DNA of 64,000 nt. Origin: Lama guanicoe (lineage: Eukaryota). Shown here in pieces: positions 28,940-40,617 of the stretch. The notes below the pieces were generated by a model. The model had not been told where the DNA came from and made no database searches. It was given only the letters and a program-made list of their open reading frames with translations. Made by a program: the position numbers and the translations under genes. Location: assembly GCA_013239625.1 (NCBI GenBank), contig MU053810.1, forward strand, positions 1,125,320 to 1,189,319. The letters run 5' to 3'. How positions within the stretch are numbered: the stretch's first letter is position 1; each line of letters starts with the position of its first letter.

Positions 28940-31430
28940 TTCTCGTCAGAAGAAAACTGAAGGCCCAGAGATATTGGAAGAATATATTTAAAATGCTAAG
29001 CTGGGGTTGGAGAGAGGACCTGTCAGCACATGGAGTTCTCTTCAGTGAAAATAATTTCTTAAAAATTAAGGCAAAATAAAGACATTTCCAGATAAATGAA
29101 AAATAAGAGATGCCATACTTCAGCGTGTCCCATAAAAAGTGATGAAGGAAGTTTTCCAGGCTGAAGGGAACAGCACCAGATTGGAACTTGAATCTTCAGG
29201 AAGGAGAACCAGAGTTTATAATTATGTGAGTTAGTATACAAGACTACATTCTTCTCTTTTATTAAATTCCTTAAAAGACATGCTTTAAAAAAGAAAACAT
29301 GTACAGTATTGCAGCTTTTATGTCACATGTAGATATATATGACAAAAGAGCACAAATAACAGGAGGTGAGCAGGACTGAACTGTGCCAAGGTCCTTAAAC
29401 TCGGCATGAAGAACAATATTAACTTTTGGCTGTGACATTTAAGTGGTCATACTACAATCACTGGACCAACCACTAAAATGTAATGTAAAGAGATACAGCT
29501 AAAAACCCAATAAAGAATAAAAATAATCAGAAGGAGGAAGAAATGGAGGAAGAGAACAATAAAAAAAGAAATGAGACGTATAGAAAAAACAATAAATGAC
29601 AGATACAAATCTTGCTATAACATTAATTATGTCAAATGTAACTTGCCTAAATACACCAATTAAAATGTCAAGATTTACGAATGGATTTAAAAAAGCAAGA
29701 TACCACAATTAGCTTGGTGCGTATTTTTCTATCCTTTTACTTTTAACCTATGCCTGAATTTCTATTTAAAATATTTCTCTTGAAGACAGCAAGTATAAGG
29801 CCTTCATATGTCTAAATTTATATAAAAATAGACTTTGGAAACAGAACATTACCAATGATAGAGGAACATTTGACTATAATGAAGAAGTCAATTTATCAAG
29901 AATAGATAACAATTAAAAAAATGCGTATTTTTAACAGAGCTTCAAAATGCCTGAAATAAAATCTGACAAAGCTAAAGTAAAAATAGAAAAATTCACTATT
30001 ATAATTAGAGTATTGGTCACCTCTCTCTTATGAATTCACAGAACACCTAGACAAAATATTCATGAGAATACAGGAAATCTGAATTGTACTAGCAACTACC
30101 TTTGTCTAATTTAATTATACCTCAATCCTCAGCAAACACATTCTTCTCAAGTCTGAATAGAATGTTTACCCAAAATGACCACATTCTATGGCACAAAACA
30201 AGTCTCAATAAATATCAAAGGATTAAATGTTAATAGAGGATGTGATCTGGTATCATACCATAATTAAGTGATATATCAATTATAATATATAGCTATACAA
30301 TTTTCACAACTTTGACAGTTAAATAACTCACTGAAAAATAATACATCCCAAGAAGAAATCACAGGCGTGAAGAGGAAAGTATTTCAAAATGGGTAATAAT
30401 TAAAATTCACAGATGAAGAAAATATGGTTGCAGTTATTGCTGAATCAGTGATTAAAAGGAAATGCATAATGTTATGTTTTCTATTACAAAGAAAAGAAGA
30501 TCGAAAATCATTGATCTGAGTTTCTAAATTAAGAAGATAAAATGAAATTGAACACAAAGTAATTCTACTGAAGGGCAAAAAAAAGATTTGAGCAAAAATA
30601 AAAATACTAGATATTAAAACAAAAGGAGAATATTAAAAAGGCCAAAAATTGTTTATTTGAAAGATTAATAAATGTAGTAAGTCCCTGAATAAACTGATTG
30701 ATATTAAAACAGAAAACACAATTTATTAATGTCAGAAGTAAAAGAGTAAGTATCACTTCCAAACCTACTGACATTAAAAGCAAAGTAAGGAATAACTTCA
30801 TTCTAAAAAAATCCAATAGCTTGGAACAAATGAGCAAGAACTTAAAAAGGCCAAAACTGAAAGAAATCTAAATAAGATTATATCTGTTATTTATAATAAA
30901 ACATTTCCCACAAAGTCATATTTAATCTCAGATGACTTCACGGTTGAGATCTATCAAAGTTGTAAGGATGAAATAATACCAACTTACAGAGAATTCATTC
31001 AGAAAATAAAGGAAAAGGGACCACCCCTCAACTCATTCTACGGTGCCAATTTAATGCTGATAGCAAAGTCAAACAAGCAGCTACAAGTAAAGAAATTTAG
31101 TAATCGATTACCTGGGTGAACATAAATGCAAAAATATTTAATCATATATTTTACATTTGAATTACTGTTCAAAAATCAGATAATAAAAAAAAAATCACCA
31201 CTTTAACAGAAAGAAGAAGAAAAACCATGTGGTCTTCTCATTTTGGTTCAGGAAAGGCAGCAATAAAAAGTGTAATACTCTTTCATGATAAAAGTTTTTG
31301 TAAACCAGGAATAGAAGGGAGCTTCCTCCGAGTGAGAAAGGAGAGCTGTGAAGAACATGTAGCTAAAATCATGCTTAGAGGGGAAATATTAAATACTTGC
31401 ACCCTAAGGCTGAATATAGAGTAATAATGA
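28940..31430 (+). mobile_element. Long decayed L1M element (ORF1 end, inter-ORF, ORF2 EN to RT)
   Basis: aaataaagacatttccagataa (ORF1 end), ctaaatacaccaattaaaa..aaaaagcaaga (EN), cacaaaacaagtctcaataaat, ccctcaactcattcta (RT). Confidence 0.85.
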
Positions 31431-31529
31431 TGTAACTAAATAACCAAATAACTACTAAGCAAAGTGAAGGCAAAGCTCTTCTTTACATTAGAAAACCAAC
31501 TTATGTGGAATGAAGATGTTAGAAAATAA

Positions 31530-32045
31530 TCAGAAACCCCACTTCTGAGTGTATATGCAAAAGAACTGAAATCAAATCTTGAAGAGATGTCTGCACTCCC
31601 ATGTTCACTGCAGCATTATTCACAATGTCCAAAATAGAGATACAACCTAAATGTACGTTGATGGATGAATGAATATAGAAACTGTGGTAAATACGTACCA
31701 TGGGATATTATTCAGCCAAAAGAAATTCTACCATCTATGACAACAGGAGTGAACCTGGAATTTGCTAAGTGGAATAAGCCAGTCACAAAAGGGCAAACAC
31801 TGTGTGATTCCACTTATATGAAGCATCTAAAGTAGTCAGACTTGTAGAAGCAGAGAGTAGAGTGGTAGCTGCCCGGAGATGGGGAGAGGGGGCATGGGGA
31901 GTTGCTATTCAATGGGTGTAAAGTTTCAGTTATGCAGGATGAAGAAGTTCTAGAGATTTCCTGTACAACATACTGTCTTAACAATATTATATACTAAAAA
32001 TTTTGGTAAGGGGGGTAGATCTCAGTTAAGTGTTCTTATCATAAG
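31530..32045 (+). mobile_element. L1MA/MB-like 3' end
   Basis: tgcactcccatgttcactgcagcattattcacaa...gtgtaaagtttcagttatgcaggatgaagaagttctagagat...gtagatctcagttaagtgttcttatcata. Confidence 0.9.
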
Positions 32046-32099
32046 AAAGAGAGAGAGGAAGGGAGGGAGGGAGACAGTCATTAGTGGGAGTTAAAACTA

Positions 32100-32880
32100 G
32101 TTGCTAAAATAGTTGATAAGGGCAGCATATTTTCATAGTCTCCTGTATTGGCATACAAATTGATAATTATTTAAGGAAAGACAGTTACTTTTTAGTGAAG
32201 AGATGTGACTGATTCCACCTTAACCAGTCGTTCAAAGTAAATGTGAAGGATATTAGGACAAGGTAGTATCATGCCTCCTAATTCTGTGTTCAAGAAGTAT
32301 CCATGATCACTTGTGTGGTACTCCTGCTAGAACACATAACATGAATCTAATCATAAGGTTTCCTCAAACAAACCCAGACTGAAATCCTTTCTAAAATGAC
32401 TGGCCTGCCCTCATGGACTATATCCAGGCAAAGGAAGAAAAAGAAAGAACTCTTGCAGATAAGAAAATAAGATTCATGGCAACTAAATGCAATGTGTGAT
32501 CTTTGATTGGATCCTGAACCAAGGGAAAAAGATCACTATATAAAGGACTTATGTAGGACATGTGACAAATTTAAATATGAACTGTGGATTAGATACTAGT
32601 ATTACTGTCAAATTTTGTGATTTTGTGATTTTTGCCATGGTTATACAAGAAAATATCCTTGATTATATGAAAGAAACATAGAAGTGCTGATAAAATGGTA
32701 CTGTATCTCGTTTTTCACATCCTTCTGAAAAATGCATCTATAGATATGCATATACATATATAGATAGAACAAATGGAGCAAATGCAAACATTTGAAAATT
32801 TAAAGAGTACCTGGAAAATACTTCTATTGTTCTTGCAGCTTTTCTATAAGTTTGAAGTTATTTCAAAATAAAACATTTTA
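32100..32880 (+). mobile_element. L1MC/ME-like 3' end
   Basis: catggcaactaaatgcaatgtgtgatctttgattggatcctgaacc...ttgcagcttttctataagtttgaagttatttcaaaataaaa. Confidence 0.8.
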
Positions 32881-32899
32881 AAGAATACAGTCATATTAA

Positions 32900-33740
32900 G
32901 AAAATCAGGAGAAATAAAATACTAACTTGGAAAACAGAAAACAATTCAAATGTAAATACAAGAGTATATTATTTTTAAAAGTAGACAAAATACTGATTTT
33001 TTAATTTATAAAATGGAGGAAAACACAGATTAATGTAGGTTTGCTAAAGAATTAATAAGCATTTGGAGACCAATAACTGTGCTCATTTGAAAATGTCAAT
33101 GAAATAGTTAATTTTTTTGGAAGAAAAATGACCAAAATTAACTAATGAAGCAGAAAGCCTGAATAGGACATTATCAAATAAAGTTATCAACCAATGTCCA
33201 ATTTTGTCTCCTGGGGTAGATACCCCTGAGTTTTTATCAAATTTTAATAAACTGATAATGCTCAAAGAAACTTTCAACCATATGAAATCATAGAATTTAT
33301 TTTATGAAGCTAATATATCACTGATAATGAAGCTTCCAAAAATTAGAAAATTAAGAAAAACTATAGTTTGAACTCTCTGTGAATATAAATGTGCAAAAAC
33401 TTACAATGCTAGCAAGCTAACTTCAGTAATGTAATAATTATATTATACGCTTTGAGATGAGCATCTTACGTTTTAAGAATACTTCAATATAAGAGACTGT
33501 TAATTTAACCAAGTCACAAGAAACTGATAGGTGCTGAAAATATTTGTTTAAATTTAGCAATCATTTCTTACAATATACATACAATAGTGTTACTTTAACA
33601 TGTTAAAAATAGTCTATCAATTGAAGAAGGGAGCAATGGAAGGAAGTATTTCCATTAAAATCAAGATCATGTCAAGAATATGCACTCCTACTATTACTTT
33701 TTATACTCTTCTTTTGGTTCTGGTCACTATGTAAGACATG
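32900..33740 (+). mobile_element. Highly decayed L1 ORF2 fragment
   Basis: gaagcagaaagcctgaataggac, ttttatgaagctaatatatcactgata, ttccattaaaatcaag. Confidence 0.65.
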
Positions 33741-35756
33741 AAATTAAAAAAACCACCAAATTACATTTATTTTCTTTTTTACTGAGTTGTAATTGACATA
33801 TAACATGTTAGTTTCAGGTGTACAACACAATGATTCAATATTTGTATATTTTGTATATATTTTCATATTTTATACTTATAAAGATATTGATCGATTGAAA
33901 ATGATAGCATTTAGAAAGTGAGAAGCTGGTGTGATTGATGACATAGCTGCAGACAGGTGATCATTTTCTTCCTGGTGGCACACCTGTCTGGCACTGGCAT
34001 TAATTACTCCATGAAATGCCAGGAGATGGCATCTGCACAGAAGACTGCTGAAATAGTGGCAAATGCAATTCTGAGCTGCTCCTTCGTACCACAGTGCTGT
34101 GAAATTCAAACAACTTATACCTACTTGTGTTTTCCCCACTGCTATGTTAGAATTAAACTTTCCTATCTTCAAAACTCTAGTAAATATCAAAAGCAAAATA
34201 TGATTTACATTATAGAGATTCACATAGCAATATCTGTATGATTTTTTTTAAACAAACGTGTTTTTCAGCAACACACATGATTTCTTTATACAAATGGCCT
34301 TTCTAGATGCTGGTCTGTGTGGGAATCTGGTCCTCATGGGCTGCTAAATTTTCCAACAAAAGTGCAACTGAATTACTTCATTTTTTATTCTTAACCAGGA
34401 CAAGAGTTCCGACTATAAGCAAGATGGTGAGTTGGGGTTCATTATTATTTTAGTGAGATATACCTCCCAGTCCTTTGAGAGGGTACTTAAGAGAACGTTA
34501 GCAACCTGAACTAAAAGAGATCGTAGGAATTACAGTCTATTTGGGGACAGAGTAAATTTTGAAAATAGTTTCACATGTAATTTTAAAATTAAGTTAGCAA
34601 TTGAAGAGAAAATGCCATCCTGCTTATTTGGTGACAGAAATGATGACAGAAAAAATTCTCTATCTTTGAAAATATTAGAAATCAGTGTTAGCCTTATTGA
34701 CAAATGAAGCCATTTTAAAAATCATATTGGTCCTGATGCTTTCTTAAGTTTGTCATTTTAAAGTTCTCTTGAAAACTACAAGTGATTCTTTTAAGCCATT
34801 CTTCATTGTTCGAAAAATTTCTCGCTGGGCGGTATGATAATTCCATCTTAGTAGTCTGAAACACTCCAAAAATAGTATAGGAACAATGGTAAAACCTATG
34901 TAATTTTTTAAATGGAAGTGAGTTGATTAACAATGTTAGTTTCAGGTGTACAGCAAAGGAATTCAGTTATATATATACATACAATATAATTTTAATATTC
35001 CCCAACTTAACTACAAAGAGCATAGAGTTTACCTTGTGTATTTAAACACTTTTATCTGAACTATGCTAACTGTAAGAATATGTCCATAAATAAACAGATT
35101 TTTGATACCTCACCCAGGTTGAAAATTCCTAAAAAGTCCTGTGTAACAAAATAGAGTAGATTCTTTATCCAGGAATTTCTGTGGCTTCAGGCAGAATGTT
35201 TACCTGCCATCCTTTGTCCTGTGCACTGAAAGTAGGTACCTGAGAGTTTTGACAGCAGAATCATTTTGCTCTCATTTTGATAAAATTGACTAAAAATATT
35301 TGAGCAATTGTTCAAATGTGTTTTAAATCTGTGTTTAAATACACCTTGACCTGTTGCAACTTAGATTCTTCTCAAGTATTTTAGTTTTGGACACTGTTTC
35401 ACATATAATTACGATTTTGCAGAATTTCACTTTCAGTTGCAATATTCAAACAGAACTTAATAGAGAATCACTGTTATCACATAATCCTAAGCAGTACTTT
35501 TTTTTAACTTATCAAATTAATCACTCATTGGCTTTATGCTGCATCATATCTGTTTACTTAAAAATAAATAATATGAAAAGTATCCTAAATATATGATTTT
35601 ATAAGATATGAGTCCTTAAAAACATGCTCAGTTTTAGAACATCTTCATTAATACTGTTAGCTTTATAATTTACCAGGAGAATTATAAAAAGGCAATTGTG
35701 TAATTCCTACCATCCGGTTCTGTATTTGAGGAGCTCAGAAATTAACAACAACTTGT

Positions 35757-36683
35757 CAAAATAACAAGCAGCTCATACAACTTAATAAGAAAAAAAAAAT
35801 CCAATCCAAAAATGGATAAAAGACCTAAACAAGCAATTCTCCAAGGAAGAAATACAAATGATCAATAGGCACATGAAAAAATGCTCAATATCACTAATTA
35901 TCAGAGAAATGCAAATCAAAACTACAGTGAGTTATCACTTCACACAAGTCAGAATGGACATCATTCAAAAGTCCACAAATCACAAATGCTAGAGAGGCTG
36001 TGGAGAAAAGGGAATCTTCCTACACTGCTGGTGGGAATGCAGTTTGGTGCAGCCACTGTGGAAAACAGTATGGAGATTACTCAAAAGACTAGGAATATGC
36101 TTACCATATGACCCAGGAATCCCGCTCCTGGGCATATATCCAGAACGAACCCCACTTCAAAAAGACACCTGCACCCCAATGTTCATAGTAGCAGTATTTA
36201 CAGTAGCCAAGACATGGGAACAGCCTAAATGTGCATCAACAGATGACTGGATAAAGAAGTGGTATATTTATACAATGGAATACTATTCAGCCATCAAAAA
36301 GAGAACATAACACCATTTGCAGCAACATGGATGTTCCTGGAGAATGTCATTGTAAGTGAAGTAAGTCAGAAAAAAAATACCATATGAGATCACTTATATG
36401 TGGAATCAAAAAAAAAAGAACATAAATACAAAACAGAAACAGGCTTATAGACATAGAACACAAACTTGTGGTTGCCAAGGGGGAGAGGAGTGGGAAGGGA
36501 TAGACGGGAAGTTCAAAATTTGTAGATACTGACAGGCAAATGTAGAATAGATAAACAAGATTGTACTGTATAGCTCAGAGAGACATATAGAAGATCTTGT
36601 GGTAGCTCACAGAGAAAAAAATGTGACATTGAATGTATTATGTTTATGTATAACTGAAAAATTGTGCTCTACACTGGAATTTG
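35757..36683 (+). mobile_element. Young lineage-specific L1 (ORF2 C-terminus + 3'UTR) lacking its terminal ~45 nt and A tail
   Basis: [35 protein letters not shown]...CTPMFIVAVFTVAKTWEQPKC...MEYYSAIKK. Confidence 0.95.
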
Positions 36684-36755
36684 AGTATGTTTCTGTTTTG
36701 TATTTATGTTCTTTTTTATTTTAGATTCCACATGTAAGTGATATCATATGGTATT

Positions 36756-37080
36756 TTATTTACAAAACTTATTTACAAAACAGAAACAGACTCACAGACA
36801 GAAAACAAACTTATGGTGACCGGGGGTGGGGAAGGGGTTGGGAAGGGATAAATTGAGAGTTTGAGATTTGTAGATACTAATATATATAAAATAGATACAC
36901 AACTAGTTCATACTGTATAGCACAGGGAACTATATTCAATATCTTGTAGTAACCTATGGTGAAAAAGAACATGAAAACAAATCTATATGTGTTCGTATGT
37001 GACTGAAGCATTGTGCTCTATACTAGAAATTGATGCAACAATGTAAACTGACTATACTTCAAGAAAAAGGTAAAAAAAAG
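36756..37080 (+). mobile_element. Second L1 3'UTR of a different subfamily, with A tail
   Basis: aacttatttacaaaacagaaacagactcacagac...tactgtatagcacagggaactatattcaatatcttgta...tgtaaactgactatacttcaagaaaaa. Confidence 0.9.
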
Positions 37081-37741
37081 TTACTACATTTGATTACAAT
37101 CACAGGTCTTTGGAGACTGTGTGACCTGTGATTCATTGCAGGGTGTACTGTAGACATCTTTCCATGTTATCCATGGTTTTCCATACATCTGTATAACACT
37201 ATATTATTCTTTTTACTAGCTACATAATAATCCTTTCATCATATTCTTTATAATGATCTAAACCACTCTTTAAAACATAAGTGAACTATAAAACACAAAT
37301 GATGACTAATACAAGAAAGTACTAAAAAACACTTGGAGGATTATAGATTCACATAGCTAACTTTCATTTCTAAAAGGAGCAAGTTGGTTCTTTTTGTTTT
37401 TTAAACTCATCATCACTTTTAGTAAGAATCTTTTGACTCTCCACTATGAAAAATGAGGAAATTCTTACACTAAAATTGCCCTGAAACCTCCAGCAGCCAG
37501 TTGTTCTTTTTTTTCAGTTGTTCTTTACTCTGTTAGTTTTTTAACATTGTAACATTTTTATTCTCTAAGAACCATTCAGAATGGCAGTTTATTTTTGAAT
37601 TGTTTGTCTTGACTGGTCACTTGGTTGGTTGAATGTAGCCATGGAGCAAGTCTGCAGCTCCTGCTTCCCTTCTCCAAAGTGTGTCTCTTGGGTGCTCTGT
37701 TCACTTTCTTGCTTGAGAATTGCCCGTTAGCTTTATTTTTA

Positions 37742-37872
37742 TTTTACTTATTTTTTGAGAGAGGGAGGAAATTAGGTTTACTTACTTATGTTTAGCGGAG
37801 GCACTGAGGACTGAACCCAAGACCTTGTGCATGCTAAGCCTGTGCTCTACACTTGAGCTATATCCTCCCCCA
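37742..37872 (-). mobile_element. tRNA-Ala-derived SINE (camelid Vic-1-like) with 15-bp TSD
   Basis: Antisense of ggggaggatatagctcaagtgtagagcacaggcttagcatgcacaaggtcttgggttcagtcc; TSD ttagctttattttta at 37727-37741 and 37873-37887. Confidence 0.9.
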
Positions 37873-38285
37873 TTAGCTTTATTTTTAAACAGCAACTTGG
37901 CTGATTATAGTAGCTTCAGTTCACATGTATTTTTCCCCTTGCACTTTGTAGACATTGCTTCTGCGGTCTTATGGCATCAAGTATTGATTGCTATGAAGAA
38001 ATCTGAGGCAAAAAACAAATGTCCCTTTTATTACAGTATCTTGGTTTTACTTGGAGATCTACAGGATTCTTAGTCATTGAACTTCAGAAACGTTAATTCT
38101 TAGGCTTCACATTTTTAGCTGTTTTAATAGTTTTCTCTTATTCTGTGTGCCTTTGTATTATTTTCCTCCATTCTGTATTACTGTACTATTGGAAAATCAT
38201 CTACCTTTAATATTATTGCTTTACTCCTTTACTTAGAAGTACTTTAATAAAAATCAAGCTTTTAGTAAAAAAAGTATGTATATAT

Positions 38286-39071
38286 AGGAAATCTGAATTG
38301 TACTAGCAACTACCTTTGTCTAATTTAACTCTACCTCAATCCTCAGTAAACACATTCTTCTCAAGTGTGAATGGAATGTTCACCCAAAATGATCACATTC
38401 TATGGCACAAAACAAGTCTCAATAAATATCAAAGGATTAAATGTTAGAGGATGTGATCTGGTATCATACCATAATTAAGTGATGTATCAATAATAATGTA
38501 TAGCTATAAAATTGTCACAGTTTTGACACTTAAATAACTCACTGAAAAATAATGCATTCCAAGAAGAAATTATAGGCGTGAAGAGGAAAGTATTTCAAAA
38601 TGGGTGATAATTAAAATTCACAGATGAACAAAAAATGGTTGCAGTTACTGCTGAATGAGCTGTGAAAGGAAATCAATAATGTTAAGCTTTTATATTACAA
38701 AGAAAAGAAATTGTAAAGTCATTGATCTGAGTACAAATAAAAATACTAGATATTAAAACAAAAGGAGAATATTAAAAAGGCCAAAATTATTTATTTGAAA
38801 GATTAATAAATGTAGTAAATCCCTGAATAAACTGATTAAACTGAAAGCAGAAAACAATTTATTAATGTCAGGAAGCAAAGTAAATATCACTACCAACCCT
38901 ACTGACATTAAAAGCATAGTAAGGAATAACTATTATAAATAATAACTTCATTCTAAAAAAAATTCAACCGCTTGGAAGAAATGAGCAAAAACTTAAAAAG
39001 GCCCAAACTGAAACAAATCTAAATAAGATTATATCTGTTATTTATAGTAAAACATTTCCCACAAAGTCATA
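38286..39071 (+). repeat. Direct duplicate of 30072-30920 (decayed L1M ORF2 segment)
   Basis: Long runs of identity, e.g. aggaaatctgaattgtactagcaactacctttgtctaatttaa and cacattctatggcacaaaacaagtctcaataaatatcaaaggattaaatgtta, at both sites. Confidence 0.95.
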
Positions 39072-39074
39072 CGT

Positions 39075-39692
39075 TAAGAAAGGAGGGGAAAAAATGAAAT
39101 AATATAAAATGATCAGTTGAAACCAGAAAAGGGCAGAAAAATAGAAGACAAAAATACAAACAAAGAATAAGGGCAAATAGGAAACAGTAACAAATATGGT
39201 AGATATTAATCCACATTTATCAATAATTACTGTGAATGACAGTGGTCTAAATGCATCAATTAAAAGACAGATTGTCAGACTGAATAAAAAAACAAGACTC
39301 AGCTACATGTTGTCTGCAGGAAACCCACTTTGAAATTAAGATACTTACAGATGAAAAGTAAATATATGAGGAATATATATACCATGCTTACATTAATCGA
39401 AAGAAAGCAAGAGTGGCTGTTTTAATTTCAGACAGAACAGGCTTCAGTGCAAGGAATGTTACCTGGTATAAATAACGGTATTACACAACAGTAAAGGGTC
39501 ATTTCTCCAAGAAGACAGGACCGTCCCTATTGTGGCTGTACCTAATGACAGAATGTCAACCTGTGTGAGACAGAAACTTACAGAACTACAAAGAGAAGAT
39601 AAGAATCCGTATTACAGTTGGAGATTTCCACACCCTACCTTCAGAAAAGGATAGATCCAGCATGCGGAAAATCAGTGAGGACATAGTTGAAC
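39075..39692 (+). mobile_element. L1MC/MD-like inter-ORF + ORF2 endonuclease fragment
   Basis: ggtctaaatgcatcaattaaaagacagattgtcag..tgttgtctgcaggaaacccacttt..cagttggagatttc. Confidence 0.85.
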
Positions 39693-40296
39693 CCCCAAAT
39701 TCTAACTATTCTGGAATGGAAGGAAAACCTAAGCAGTGTTAATAATAAAGTATTTTTAAATACCCGGGAAATAGTTGTTATTTAATGCAGCTTACCATAC
39801 TTCATTTCTGCAACTGATTATAATAAATTAAGTCAGATCATTATAGTTTTAACCTTACTTTTCTGTTTCACAATTTTCTTATCTCTAAAATGAATGTATG
39901 TTTTAAAAAATAATTACATTGATTAGTAACTTTTGCTTTAGGCAGCATTTCCCAAGCCAGAATAATAAACTTCCTAAATTCCCTACTAAAATCTAAGAAG
40001 CAAGGATGAGAAGAGAGAAGAAATATATTACCTTGACCAAATAGGTGTTTGGAGGAAATGTGTGTAATGCAAAAATATTTTCTCACCCATTTTGACTTTG
40101 AGACCAGACTTATAGAGAAATGAACTTACATAAGCCGTGGAAGTAGTTGTGTGTGACAAACTGAAATGTTCTGTTCTCGTATTACTATCAGGATAATATT
40201 GTAATACGGTTTTGAATAGTACATGATGTTGCAGGATCACTGTAATTCTGGATCATCTGCTTTAGCCACTAATTTCCTCTTTGTCTTCCACCATGA

Positions 40297-40617
<321 letters not shown>

